In this document: in pieces, positions 25,380-39,042 of the stretch
Position numbering within the stretch: position 1 is the stretch's first letter
Layout of the letters: each line of letters opens with the position of its first letter
Assembly: GCA_013265495.1 (NCBI GenBank)
Contig: MU058636.1
Coordinates: 6,731,741 to 6,795,740 of the forward strand
DNA from: Vicugna vicugna
Lineage: Eukaryota
Reading direction: 5' to 3'
Length of the DNA stretch: 64,000 nt
Notes under the pieces: model-generated
What the model saw: the letters and a program-made list of their open reading frames with translations, nothing else
The model's database searches: none
Told to the model about the DNA's origin: nothing
Position numbers and translations under genes: made by a program

Positions 25380-27310
25380 CATCAGTTTACTGAGGATTTA
25401 CGAGCATAATTCTAAAGTGGAAATTCTTTTACACTTTCTGTGCTGGCATGTTTTTATTTGTCTTGGGTAGATACCTATGAATTGATTTGTTAGGGCCTAC
25501 TGTACCTCTGTGTTTATCCATTTGAGAAACTGCCACATGTTTTCCAAAGCAGCTCTATAATTTTACATTCCCATCAGCAGTGTATGAAGCTTCCAGTCTT
25601 TTCATAGTCTTGGCAACCCTTGTTGTTACCTGTTTTTTTTTTTTCCAGCAGCTCTAGTGGGTATCAATGGTTTATCATTTTTGTATTTCATTTCTGTGAT
25701 GTCTAATGATGTTGAGCATCTTTTCATGTGCTTATTGGCTATTTATGTAGTTTTTGAGAAATGTTTATTAAGAAGACCATTTTTAAAAATTGCGATATTT
25801 CTTTGTATTATTGAGTTGTAGGAGATTTTTATTTTATATACTGATCCTTTATTAGATATATGATTTGCCAAGACAGTCTTCCATTCTGTGAATTACATTA
25901 TATCTTAGTTTTCATTTCCCTGATGACAAGTTAGGTTGAGCATTTTCACGTATTTGTTGTCCTTTGCCTGTGTTCTTTTGCTACATGCCTGTTTGGAGTA
26001 TTTGCCCTTTTTCATTTAGGTTGTCTGTCATTTTCACTGAGTTGTCTTCCTTGATTCCTGGGAATTCTGTATGTATTCTGGATATGAGTCCTTTATTGGG
26101 GATGTATCACAAATGTCTTTTTCTGTGACTTGCCGTTTCACTCTCTATCTTAACAGTGTTTTTTGATGAACAGAAGTCCTTAATTTTAATGTAGGTCAAA
26201 TTTTCAGTTTATTTTATGATTAGTCCATTTTAGATTCTTATGTATTCCCAAAGCCATCAGTCTGTTCTACTTTTTCCTCAAAATTTTGTTATATTTTTCA
26301 CATTTAAATTTACAGTTCTCCCAAAACTTAATTTTGTGTATAGCATGAGGTATAAGAATCAAAGGGCTTTTTTTTTTACCTTGCTTATTTATCTAGCTAA
26401 CCTAGTATCATTTACCAAAAAGATGATTTTCTACCACACCTGTATCTAATCTAATCTTTGTCATGAATCAGGTCACCATATGTAAGTGGGATCATTTCCA
26501 GAATCTGTTACAGGTTTTCTTTTTCCTATTTTTGAGGCAATACAACACTGTCTTAATTTTTATAGCTTTTTAGTACATGTGGCTATCTCATAGTGTCTCA
26601 TCTAGCCGTATTGTTCTTCAAGATTGCCTTGGCTGTTTTTTGGTCCTTACATTATGTTGATATCTTTATACTGAATCTTCTAATTTATGCACTTAGTATA
26701 TATCCTTCTATTTGTTTAGGTCTCTTTGTTAGTCTTCTGTATAAGAAATTCTCTTTTTGTTGGATTTATTCCTAGATACTTGAAGTTTTAAAATTTTTAA
26801 TTTTTAATTTGTCATTGGTACATAGAAATACAATTTGTGCTTATATTGACCTTTTATATACCAATTTTACTATTTTATTAATTCTACTAGTTTGTAGATT
26901 CTTCAGAAATTTTTCTTTGTAAAAAGGCATACCATCTGAGAATTATTTTTTCCTTTCTCATATTTATTCCTTTAATGTCTTTTTCCTTGACTTACTGTAC
27001 CAAGACTTCCAATATAGTGTGTAATATAAATTGTAATATTGGGCATCCCTGTCTTGTTCCAGATCTTATGGGCAAAGTCTTCAATAAAAGAAAAAGGTAT
27101 AATATATGTTGTAGATTACTTTTTGTATATTTTAAAAATCATATAAAGAATCTATTTCAAGTTTGCTAAGTGTTTTATCAGTATAAACAGATGCTGAATT
27201 TTATCAAATGCTTTTTCTACTTTGAGATAATTATGATACTTCTACATTTTTTCCTTAGTTTAATGACTTACATTAGTTGATTTTTGAAATTAAGTATTCT
27301 TGTATTCCTG
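25380..27310 (-). mobile_element. Degenerate L1 (ORF2 3' part and 3' UTR), probably several fragments
   Basis: ttttacattcccatcagcagtgtatga, aatgatgttgagcatcttttcatgtgcttattggc, gggcatccctgtcttgttccagatctt, gctgaattttatcaaatgctttttct. Confidence 0.85.
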
Positions 27311-27329
27311 GAATCCTGTATAGTCTGAG

Positions 27330-28660
27330 ATCCATTTCCATTCTAATCAGTCTTTCATCCTTATTCCCTTAAAATGGCTTACGTCAGTGTCACTAATAGC
27401 CTTCACAGTCTTAAATCTTATGATTCTCAAGTCTTCATCTTATTTGACCTTGTAGCAACATTTTAGTTTAACATTCTTTCCTTCTTGAAATACTTTTTTC
27501 AGTTGTATTTTGTGACAACATTCTTTCTTTGCTTTCTTCCTGTTTCCTTGGCCTTGTTTTTTCTCTCCTAGTAGTTTTTCTCTTCTTTCTAAATTCTAAA
27601 GACTGCTGGAAACCTTTTCACTTTCCTGTTTACACTTTAATTGAGCTTAGCATTTCCTTAGCTTTCCTTATTCTGTAAATACTACTTATCAAATGTATAT
27701 CTCCAACTACAACCTCTCCTTTGAATTTCAGTCCCCATATTTGGCCCCACTTGGATGTCTAATAAGCTTCACAGATCTAAATTATCTAAGCTGCTACCTT
27801 TGATTTTCCTCTGAAATCTTTCATCCCTTAGTCTTCTCTCTCTTAGATACTAACATTACCATCCAACAAGTAGTTCAGACCAAAAATGTTCATTCTTTTT
27901 GACTCTTCTTTTTCACACACTAAATTCATACTGGCAGCAAATTATGTTGTCTTAGTATCAAGACATATCCAGGATCAATGACTACTTCCTGCTTACTACT
28001 CCTTTCTATACTGTTATCATCTTTGTTCAAGCTATCATTATCTTTCACCACTAGTTACCCATAGTCCATTTTTGACTTGCAATCAGACTAGTCCTCTGAA
28101 GATCTTTCAAATCCATCCTTCTCAGAGTAAATTTATAAGTCTCTTACTTCTGACATCATCTCTTACCATTCTCATTCGTTCTTTCTCTGTTTCAGCCATA
28201 TTGACTGAAAAGGCCTCTTTGCAGGCCTTTCAGCCATATTGACTGAAAATCTTTGCAGGCCTTTCCCTTAAAAACTAAAATTGTAAGCATGTGCTCATCT
28301 TGGGACTTTTGCATTTCTTTCTGTAGCTGTGGTCACTCTTTCTGTAGATAGCCACATGGCTTGATTCTACATTTCATTCAGGATTTTGTTTATGACATCT
28401 TATAAAAGAAGTCTTCCTTGATCACTCTAAATAAAATAGTACTCCTTTGATAACCATCAATGACTGTCTCCCTACTTTGCTAATTTTTTACAGCACCAGT
28501 CTGACATTTTTTACTTGTTATTGCCTCCTTCCACTTGAATATAGCCTCAGCTTCATGAAAACAGAGACCATATTTTTTCTGTTACCTTATTGCTGTATCT
28601 TCAGCACCTAAAAGTGTGCCTCCTTCAATAAATGTTTGTTAAATTGAATTAAATAAATGA
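27330..28660 (+). mobile_element. LINE-2 3' remnant
   Basis: Pyrimidine-rich; aaatgtatatctcca, cacttggatgtctaataagc; ends caataaatgtttgttaaattgaattaaataaatga, an L2-type terminus. Confidence 0.8.
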
Positions 28661-29109
28661 AAAGCACTTGCATTTTTATCTGCTTACATAGAAAGAGTAC
28701 CTTTTTCATTTTTCTCAGATTAATGTCCACAGATTTTTATTTCTAAATAATCATCTGCCAGGTAAATATTATAGATAAGGTTCCATTTTTTATTTTATCA
28801 TCAACTAAAAACAAGTTAATGGTTAGTTGTCACTTAGTGTTATCTCCTTGTCTTAGAAGATGTAAATTAGTTACCAAAAAGGTAGTCTAATGAGTGTCCT
28901 CCTTATTCATCACATTTAGATTGTTTCATGAAAAACTTTTAAGATGTTTTTGTTTTGTTTTATTTTGCCAGAATATAAGTTTGAAAAAAAAGTTAGAGGT
29001 AATTGAATGCATTTATTATTTGTTATTGTGGTTAACAAAAATTTGATTCAAAGAGCTTAAACATTAAGGAATCATGCTTGCTAATGTAACTGGAGGTCTA
29101 GCCATAGGT

Positions 29110-29980
29110 GGCTTATCATTTATAGTCCTGGTAGGAAACAGGTGCCATATTCAAACTCAAGAAGAGTTTGATGCAAGGCTCTTTAAAAAGTTGTGACCAT
29201 TAAGGGAAATTAGCAAAGTCTGAAGAGATGAGAGGAGTGAATGTTTAGCATAACTCATATAGAAAGTTATTGTAACTACAGAAGTGTGGTCTTTAATAAA
29301 GGAATACAGTGTATTGACCTGAAGGGGTGACACCAGGGAAATGAATCACAAACATCATTTTCTTCCTATCCTTTAATTTCCCGCTGGAGTCTCCAACTAG
29401 TCAAACCCAACTGGAAGCCAGTAGACAAGGGAGTCTCCCCAGCACAGAAATAGGGTGGGAAAGATTGGAAAGTGGAACGGTGCAGTCAGCAAAACATATC
29501 TAGTGAGTTGGACTTCAGGGTTTGGTTGTCTGAGTCTCAGTTATATCATTAGAGACCCAGGTTTTCTTTTTTCAATATCTCTGCTCTGCTGTCTGCAGTA
29601 ATGATTTTTTGCTATAGCTACTATCCTTTGTGGTTACATACAAGCTTGCCAGGTGGATTTGATTCTATAAGCCTTCACGTCCAGATGGAAACAGAGAGCG
29701 TCTTTCTCCCAATTACTGAACAAGGTCCTTCCCTCCAACTTGATTGATCAGCTTTGGTCTTGGCCTACTTTGAACCAACTGTTGTCATGAAAAGTTTGAT
29801 GATGGTCTTTGAACTAATTGCTGTCTGCCTCTGCCCTCCCCTGCCAGAGAACAACAGTACCCATAAGTTATTCACATTGGGTTAGGCTCTTTGGACCTCA
29901 ATCTTGGTGTCCTGGGAGGAGCAAAATGGATAATGAAGATCAGCTACTTTTAGATATAACTCTACTAATTAAAATTTCCC
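29110..29980. mobile_element. Old MaLR (MLT1-like) LTR fragments
   Basis: aggaaacaggtgccatattcaaa...caaacccaactggaagccagtagacaaggga, followed by a second MLT-like piece. Confidence 0.5.
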
Positions 29981-30007
29981 ACACTTTGCTTAATATATAA
30001 TGCATGT

Positions 30008-30056
30008 TCTCTCTCTCTCTCTCTCTCTCTCTCTCCCCCACACACACACACACACA
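30008..30056. repeat. Compound (TC)n-(CA)n microsatellite
   Basis: tctctctc...ctccccc-acacacacacacacac seen directly. Confidence 0.95.
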
Positions 30057-31539
30057 TATTGAATTCTATAGAAAACATTTCTAATAATAATGAGTATTTC
30101 TGGCAATGCATTCATTCCATTGTGGGCTGCTGTAAGTATGGGAAGACTTCTTTTTACTGAGTAACAATTTCTCTCTGTAAAATCCATTGCTCCTTTTTGG
30201 TTTAGTTACTTCAGGAGTAGATGTTATATATAATTGTTTTTTCTAGCTTTTCAGATTCTACTTCCAAATATGTTTTGTTGTACCTTATATAGTACTTTTT
30301 GCAAATTATGTACTGTTATCACACAAAGTAACGTCATATAGTTTAAATTCCATAGCTTACACTTTACAGATTTATAAATGTAAGTTGTCCAAGTATAAAT
30401 TTCTTTTGAAAATGGCTTTACTTGAAAAAATGAAACCAAATATCAAAATTAAAAATATTTTAAAACAGGCACAGTAAACACATGAAAACAGAAATGAACA
30501 TCCTTCTCTCATTCGCTTCTAATCTGAGTTTCGTCTTACCTCTTCTGTTCTTACTCTATTCTTGAATTTGACATGAATTCAATTAAACACTTACTGAAGA
30601 TTTATGGATAAAAGATGAATAAGATAGTGTCCTTTTTCATATCATGAAAGAAAGATATGTGAGTAACTAACAGTAATACAATGCAGAAGGAATAAGTACT
30701 ACATACTTACAGGTAAAAGTGACATACTAGTGAAGTGAACATTCACTTTATGCCTGGTAGGATTTTGAGTTGGCCAATTAAAAAAACAATTTTAGAAAAA
30801 CATTTCCTGAAGATCAATTTTAGAATTAGAAATTGTTAACCAACAGCATTAATTGCTAAAAAAAATGGAAATTTTTTAGTAATATGGAAGCCCTCATGTG
30901 ATGACTCTAGCATATTTTTCAGTAATATGGAGAAAGTTAAAAACTTGTTTCCAGATTATGAATTACTTCCTGAAATGAATGTGTCAATAATGGTCAATCT
31001 GATTTTATATCGCTTTTGTTTACAAACACATTACAATTTTTATAGGCTAAAATCTGATCTATAACACTATTTAGGAACAAGTTCTAACTGTTCTATTTCT
31101 GGGTTTTAAGCATGAAAGTAGAATGTATTATACAATGTTCTTGAAATCATTATTACTGAATAAAAATAGAATGTATAAGATAAGCTATATGAAATCATTT
31201 CTGGTGAAGGAGCTGGTTGAAGGTTAAAGTAACCCGTGCTCTCATTTAATTTTATTCTCCTATCCATAAATAAAATATTTTAGAATTTAAAAGTATTATT
31301 TTTCACTAAAGTTCCTTTAAAGTGAGGGCCCTATCTGCTTTTTTTTAGCTCAAACATTTGTCTTTGTCTCCTGTCCCCCTTTTAATAACAGCTATTTGTT
31401 AGCGTCATTTCCTCCATCTTAGGAAATTTTCATGTGAAGTTATGATCTAAGGCTTGGTTTGAATTTTGTAGGACTGTTGCATATCTACTCACCATCATGT
31501 TTTGTCAGACACACAGCTGCTAGCACAAAATCATTGCCA

Positions 31540-31862
31540 GCCTTATCATACTTCAAACTAGTTAAGTGCTACCTTCTCAGTAAAACCTTAAAAAGGCTAA
31601 AGGTTAAAAACCACCTTTCCACAGATTTTCTATCCACTTCGTGTTCTTTTTATGCACTTACCATATTTAATATGTTACATATTTTGCCTTTTTATTTATT
31701 TGCTGTAATTCTCTACTGTCTCTTTGCTTAGAATGTCAGTTCTACCAGGACAGGATTTTTTTTTCTCAGTTTTGTTTAACTGCTCTTTTTACAATGCCAA
31801 GGAGAGTACGTGGCAAATACTAAGTGCTCAACATGCATATTTTCTGAGGGACTAAATGAAAA
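31540..31862 (+). mobile_element. LINE-2 3' end remnant
   Basis: tagaatgtcagttctaccaggacaggattt...ggagagtacgtggcaaatactaagtgctcaa...aaatgaa. Confidence 0.65.
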
Positions 31863-32479
31863 GCATTGAACTCTGCCTTTAAAGAAAAGGAAATGGATGT
31901 GAGGGTTTTACAAGTTGAAGGAGCATGATAGAGAAAGGTGGTGAAGCAGCCTGGTGTGCACATGAAATTGGCCCAAAGAAATATTTTGTTTGACTCAGTG
32001 AAAAGTGTTTTAGTTTTGAATTTTACTTCCTTTAAGTACCTTAGGCAGGCCTCACTACTCTTTATTGTCTCCTGTCCTAATTCATACATTATTGTTAACC
32101 ACTTGCATATCGTAGTCATTTGAGTTTGTGACCCCTTATGTGGAGGTATGTAAATGCGTGGCACGTGTAGGTCAATTTTATTGAGTTGCCCTTGTTATGA
32201 GCATGATGAATGTAAACAGGTCATATGGGAAATAAAATTGGTAAGACAATTTAGTCCCTTTTGGATCTTAATTCATCCTATACTGATACTTGGACTTTAA
32301 TCCATGGATCTTGGAGATAAAGATGGGATGTTACCTGTGCTTTAGGGTTGAGTGGTAGGTGATTCTTTACCCTAGGGAGGATGGTGATACTACAAAAAGA
32401 TCACTAGCTAACAAAAAAGAATTTTTTCATAGGAAGATATATTTGATATTTGAGTTTGAATTACTAGTTTTTATAAAGA

Positions 32480-32820
32480 GCAGTTCCACTATAATATTTT
32501 CTCTGAAATTATACACTAGGGTAACATTGTCTAGTTAAATATAATGCCTTATATGTCATTTAAAATTTTCTGATAAGAAATAACAGATGAAATCAATTTT
32601 GATCATATATTTTATTTAAACTAGTATATCCAAAATATTATCACTTCAACATAAACTTAACAACAAAAAGAATAGTAGATATTTTGCATTATTTTTTTTC
32701 ATTCGAAACCTTAAAAATCCAGTGCATCCACACTTACAGCACATATCACTTAGGACTAGCTCCATGTCAAGGGCCCAGTAGCCACCTTTGGCTAGTGGCT
32801 ACTGTATGGGACAGTGCAGC
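32480..32820. mobile_element. hAT-Charlie non-autonomous element (MER33-like)
   Basis: tatatccaaaatattatcacttcaacat...cacttacagcacatatc...ggactagc...agtagccacctttggctagtggctactgtatgggacagtgcag. Confidence 0.8.
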
Positions 32821-33710
32821 TTGAAGGTTTGGTTTGAATTTTGGGAAATCTGTTGTTTATCTAACTACCATCGATGATAGGTTATATATTGGTGATGGTA
32901 GTTGAAAATTCTTGATGAGAGTACTTAGCTTAGAGATAGGGTTATATAAAGCTGTAGAAGCATAAAAATATAATCTAGGGAGAGTGTATTTATGAAGAGA
33001 AGGCCAAAGAAATAATCTTCAGTAGTTTCCATCTTTTAAACAAAAGATGCTGAAGAGTAATATGAGGGTCACGTATGCCAAGGAAGGACAGTATTTCTAG
33101 GAGAGTGAGATCTGCTTTTTCAAATAATGGATTTGAAAGGCCGGGGAGGTTTTATGCAAAGCCAGATGCATTGCGTTCATCCCTGTGCAGCTCAATTTTA
33201 TCTTTTGCAAGAAAGGTTTTATTGGAATGATAGGGTCACTTTATTTTTACTTTGGTTTAGAGCTAATGAAAGCACTTCTCTTTCCCAAGTTCTCTGTATG
33301 TGTGTGTTATCATGATAGTAATTCCACTCCATCTTAATTTTCTTTGTCTAAGATCTTTACTTGTTAGTAAATTTCTACACAAATGGAATGAAACCATTTT
33401 TATTTGCAACTTATTTTATTTCTTTAACTTGAGTTGAGAGAGTGGCGTTATTTAACCTGAGTTATTTATGTGCAGTTGTCCTCGAAAGAGCTTCAAATAA
33501 TAAACTATCATTTAGAGAACTATCTTAAAATTCTAGGTTTCTAAATCTAATTAAATTTTGAATAGCAAAGAAAGTATAGAATGTTCTGTTTTCTATTTAT
33601 AGTATTAAGAAAGGTGTATGACAAATTTGTATGTACTTGTTCTAAGTTAGCAGTTTTACAGTTTGATAATCTGTATATATCCAGCTTGAATTTCTGTTTT
33701 CTTTCTTTAG

Positions 33711-33863
33711 TCATCAAGAATTCATATAACTAGAGCTGTCCTGGAGCAATTTTTATCCTTTGCAAAATACCTTGATGGTTTATCTCATGGAGCACCTTTG
33801 CTGAAGCAGCTTTGTGATCACATTTTATTCAACCCAGCCATCTGGATACATACACCTGCAAAG
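33711..33863 (+). CDS. NBEA: NBEA coding exon (153 nt): SSRIHITRAVLEQFLSFAKYLDGLSHGAPLLKQLCDHILFNPAIWIHTPAK
   Basis: ctttctttag|TCATCA acceptor and GCAAAG|gtatac donor. Confidence 0.97.
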
Positions 33864-33962
33864 GTATACACTTTATTATCATTCATTTTATATTAGTGTA
33901 ATGTTATAAATTATACATATAAATTCTAGATATTAGACCTAGATTATACAGTAGAAAACATT

Positions 33963-34118
33963 GGGGGAGGTAATAGCTCAGTGGTAGAGTACATGCTTAG
34001 CTTGCACAAGGTCCAGAGTTCAAACCACAGTACTCCCATAAATATAAGTTATTACATAAATATATTACAAACCTAATTGCTGCTCGAAAAAGGAAAAAAA
34101 AAGAAAAATTTAAAAAAA
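33963..34118 (+). mobile_element. tRNA-Ala-derived SINE (Vic-1-like), about 100 nt downstream of an NBEA exon
   Basis: gggggaggtaatagctcagtggtagagtacatgcttagcttgcacaaggtccagagttcaaacc, aaacctaatt, A-rich tail; agaaaacatt/agaaaatatt flanks. Confidence 0.88.
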
Positions 34119-34339
34119 GAAAATATTTGGATTTTTCAGTTCTTTTAATAGTCAACCAGAATGCCCTTTAAATAAGCCAAATACTATTAATAGAAATATC
34201 TAGGGTCTATTTGTTCAAAGTATTCTTTCTTTGTATAATAAATTTTGTTGCAGAACCAAAAAAAAAAGCAGTTGTATTAGGCTGTACCAAAAATCAAAAT
34301 GGTAAATATGTAAATAATAAATTAAAATGAAACTATAGT

Positions 34340-35050
34340 TAAAAATTGTTTCCTTATGGGGTGATGAGGAAGTTCTGGAACTAGATAGTGGTAATGGTTA
34401 CTCATAAAAAGGAAAAAAAAAGTTGAAGCCTTCTTTCTTACCTTGTACAAAAGTGAACCCTATTTAAATTTAAGACCTAAATTTGAAAAGTTAAAACCTG
34501 TAAAACTAATAGGAGAAATTGTTGAAAGATATCTTTGCAGTTTGGGGATAGTAAAAAAGTTCTTAAATATGACCTTCAAAACCTTTTTATTTAGGGGAAA
34601 AAATTAATGCATTTGATGATATCAAAATGAAAGATTTTGTTAAATGATCTTCAGAGATAATGTTAATAAACAGATGATAAGTTAGGAGGTGCTTTTTACG
34701 ATGTCAAAAATTATTGGGACAAAAGGGAAACGTTGAGTATGAACGCTAAATTAGACCTTAGCATTGTGAAAGAGTTAAATTGACTGAGTGGAGGAATTGT
34801 ATTATGGTCTATGTAGGAGAATGTCATTATTCTTAGGATATTTACACTGAAGTATTTAGTAATAAAGTGTCTGAATGTCAGCAACTTCCTTTGAAACATT
34901 TCATCAGAATATATTTATACAACTATATATAATATCATAGAAATAAAGCAGATATGGAAAAATATTAACAGTTGGTAAATTTGTTATGATGTAAACAATT
35001 TTTTGTTAGTCTGAAAATTTTCAGAATAAAATGTTGGAGAAAATATCAAT
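34340..35050 (+). mobile_element. Old L1 3'-region fragments
   Basis: ggggtgatgaggaagttctggaactagatagtggtaatggtta; cttaccttgtacaaaa...aagacctaaat. Confidence 0.55.
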
Positions 35051-36066
35051 AAATAAAATTCATAATAGACAAGGAACTCTTGAAAATCAACTCTAAAAGG
35101 GTAAAAAATAATTGGATGTAATGACTGCATTCTGAAGTCATTAGATGTGATTCATACCTTTCCAAGAAAGAGAATCTGATACACTGGTTATTAAATAAAG
35201 GAAAAGAGAAAATAATAGGTAACTAGTTATATTATGATAATTGTCATTATTATGGCTGAAAAATTGCTTGTATTGTGAATATAGAGTTTATATCATGATA
35301 TGTAGAAGTATTTGTTTTAACATAAATATATACATAAATTTTTTTCTAAATATCAACAAAATTTTTATTATTTTGCATACCTAAATTTAGACCTTTTATA
35401 TTCTGGTAGAAATCAATAATGAGGGACATTTTTTATGAATTTGAGCTGCCATATAATCTTCAAATCTCCCACATAACCTTGATTAAATAATAATTAAGTT
35501 TTACTTTTAAATAAAGTTTGTCATAGTAATTGTGCTAAAACTCAAACTTGAAATTTGTTCACTCTTTAAACAAGGTGTTTAAACTTGCCTTCTGTTTATT
35601 TACATGGTTAGATTCTGATACTGTGGCAATAGATTAAGAAAATTTGAAATTACATAAACTTGTAGGATCTATGACAACAGTATATTCTAAGTATGATGTA
35701 GCTGATTAACATTAAGTTCTGTTCCTTTGAACTGCTGCACTGTGCTTTGATTAATCTCTTTAGTCTAGTTGGCCTTTTAAATAATTTGATATATCAGATA
35801 CTTCACTGGAATTATTGAATCATTTACATTATTTTATTAATAATTATTAGATTACCTTTATTAAAATAAATTTTATTATAATGTGTTGATTGTAGATTAT
35901 TTTTTAATGTAAATAACATTTTGTATGTAGTTATTTTTAATCTCATAATAAATGATTCTCGGCCTTTAATAATTTGCATTTAAATTAGAATAGAAGGTAT
36001 ATTTGTAATATAAACACTTCAGGCATTTTAACTTTATTTTAATGCTTTGTTCATATTCTGTATTAG

Positions 36067-36235
36067 GTTCAGCTTTCCCTGTACACTTATTTGTCTGCTG
36101 AATTTATTGGAACTGCTACCATTTACACCACTATACGCAGAGTAGGAACAGTATTACAGCTAATGCACACACTAAAATATTATTACTGGGTCATTAATCC
36201 TGCTGACAGTAGTGGCATTACACCCAAAGGTTTAG
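36067..36235 (+). CDS. NBEA: NBEA coding exon (169 nt): [56 protein letters not shown](D)
   Basis: tattag|GTTCAG acceptor and TTAG|gtaagt donor. Confidence 0.97.
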
Positions 36236-37266
36236 GTAAGTACAATACTTCTTACACTGTACTGTGATTGCTCTGTATCCTGAGTGCTATTACAGTGAAC
36301 AGATGTGCATGGTTATGAAATTAACTCTGAGCTGTTGTCTTTCTTATGTAGTAGACTGGTATATTGAGAATTTATTGTGGTGAAGAAGCTTATACCTTTG
36401 GTATTAAGTTATTTTTTGGAATAAAGGTAGGTAAAATAAATAGCCTGTATGGTTGTTGTGATTCAGGAAGATAACATAATATTAAAAACAGATGAATGAT
36501 GTTGATCATGGCCAATGTGTTCTAATACAGTTGTTTAAACATTTTGGGATTGTTTCCTTTCTTTATATGTTTTCCCCAAACTTTACTCTTTGTTCCAAGT
36601 GTAGTAGAATCTAATTTAATTCTTCAAAGTATTGTGTTGTTTAAAAAATATTGTCAGTTTTCCTAAATATATGAGCATATATTCATATAAAATAAAATAA
36701 TATAGAAGAAAAATTATTCATAACCCAAACCCCAGAAACAGTTACTATTACAAGTTTGGTGTATGTGCTTCTCCTATTCTTTGTTGCATAAACGTGAAAT
36801 ATTTAAACTTTTTCACAGAATTTAAATTTTCTTGTTTTCTTCTTGTGTTTTTTTCCTCAGCTCTACATAGTAATCTAAGAGGATATACCATTTACATGTT
36901 TCTAAAGTTTTGATTCTATAAATAATGCAGTGATCTATTCCTTTGTAATTATTCACCTCGTCTTTAATTTGTTTACAATTACTGAGAAATGGTTTCATGG
37001 TAAATATTGTGAATTTTTTCAGAAATACTGTACTAGCTTACAGTTTTCCCCAGCAGTACATTAGGGTGCTTTTCTCAGAATACTCACAATAGCATTGAAA
37101 ATTACAATTTCATAAAAATTTTTTTGATAAGGAAAAATCAAATTTCACTATTTTAATATTCACTTATTATTACTTTTATGTCTTTCATTTTATCGATGTG
37201 ACTTTTAAAATTGTGTTATTTACACTCAAATCTATATTCTGTCATTTATGGCTTTTTCCATTGCTT

Positions 37267-37525
37267 GTATTTATTCACTTATTTATTTAAATTTTTTATT
37301 GATGTATAGTCAGTTTACAGTGTTACGTCAGTTTCTGGTGCACAGCATGATAGTTCAGTCATACATATACATACATATATTCATTTTCATATGCTTTTTC
37401 ATTATAGGTTACTACAAGGTATTGAATATAGTTCCTGTGCTATAGTATAAACTTGTTGTTTATCTATTTTATATGTTGTTCTCTGCAAATTCTGTACTTA
37501 GTATCTGCAAATCTCGAACTCCCAA
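37267..37525 (-). mobile_element. 5'-truncated L1 3' end with perfect 10-bp target-site duplication
   Basis: ttttattgatgtatagtcagtttacagtgtt...ctcgaactcccaa; flanked by TCCATTGCTT at 37257-37266 and 37526-37535; similar to the 3884-4172 element. Confidence 0.85.
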
Positions 37526-38837
37526 TCCATTGCTTCTAGATTTAATAATGTCTGAAATTAACTTAATACTTACCATGAGTTGGAATCTATGCTAAGTACC
37601 CTACATGTTAATTTTTTTGAATCATTTATGTGTAATATAATTATATATACATAAACATATTTATAAATACACATAGGACCATATCTATCTATAATTATGT
37701 TGTAAATATCACTCCCATTTTGTATCTTAGGAAACTGAAAGTTGATACAAAGTAACAGATCTAAAATCTAAATCATGTCTATTGATTCAGAGCCCTATTT
37801 TTAAAAATTACACTCTGATAGAGTTTTCTCTACTCTAGACAAATCATAGATTCACACATACTCATTTATGGTTCAAAAAATTAATTTTTAATTTACAGAA
37901 AAGTTGCAAGAATTATACAAAGAATTCTTACATACCCCCACCATATTTCTCAGTATTCTACATTTTATCATGTGGAAACCATTCTACTTTTATATAAACA
38001 AATATGCATATTTTTTCTGAATCAACTGAGAATAAATTATAGATATGGTGCCCTCTTACTCCTAAATAAAAAGTAAGGGCACTGTCTTAGATAATGAAGG
38101 CCAACTGTTAAAATCAGGTAATTAATATTAATACACTACTATCATCTAATCCAAAAATCCCATTCAAATTTCACCAATTATTCTAATAATATGCTTTCTA
38201 GTCTTTTTTTTCTTTCCCTGAATCCCAGTCGAGGATCATATGGGATTTAGTTGTCTTGTCGCCTTAATGTTTTTCAGTTAGAATAGTTCTTTTTGTAAGT
38301 CCTTGTCTTCCATAGCCTTGATGTTTTTGAGGAGTATTGGCAAATTTTCAGACTGTCCCTTAATCTGAATTTATTTGATATTTCCTGATGATGATTCAGG
38401 TTTTCCATTTTTGGAAGGAATCATACAGAAGTCATACTAGTTCTGTGTCATTGTTACCATGTCAAAAGGCACATGATGTTGAGTTGTTTTATCACTAGGG
38501 ATGTTAACTTTTGGTGTCTACCAGGTTTCTTTACTATGAAATTCCACTTTCTCCTCTGTAATCGTAAGTATTAGGTGGAAAAATACATGGAGACTATGTA
38601 AATATCCTTTTCTTCAACAAACTTTTACCTGCTGGTTTTAGATCTTGATGACTCTTGTCAGAATTGATTTTTACTGTGATGGTTGTCAAATGGCAACATT
38701 ATCTAAGATATTTATTATTCTGGATTCTGCCATAAGGAGGAATTTATTTTTCTCCTTCGTTTACTACTTTATTTGTTTATTGGTTTAGTCTCAGTGTAAA
38801 TTTCATGGATTTCTGTTTTATTTGGTATGTTATATCA

Positions 38838-39042
38838 ACAGTTGGCACACTTTCTCTGCAAAGGACCAGACAGTAAATATTTTAGGGTTAGGAAGCCATA
38901 GATCTCTGCTACTTGTGTTCATCTCTGCCACTGTATCGGAGAAACAGCCACAGACAGTACGTAAATGAATGGGTGTGGTTTGTTCCAGTGAAACTTAAAA
39001 AACAAGCCACTGCAAGGATTTAGTGCAATGTCTGTCCCCTCA
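38838..39042. mobile_element. MER58A-like hAT-Charlie element
   Basis: ttggcacacttttctctgcaaaggaccagacagtaaatattttagg...cagccacagacagtacgtaaatgaatgggtgtggtttgttccag. Confidence 0.85.

Noticed and set aside
33963..34040. tRNA-Ala-like sequences here and at 8650-8723 and 5725-5778 as true tRNA genes
   Set aside because: Mismatched stems, AT-rich linkers, A-rich tails and flanking duplications mark them as SINEs.
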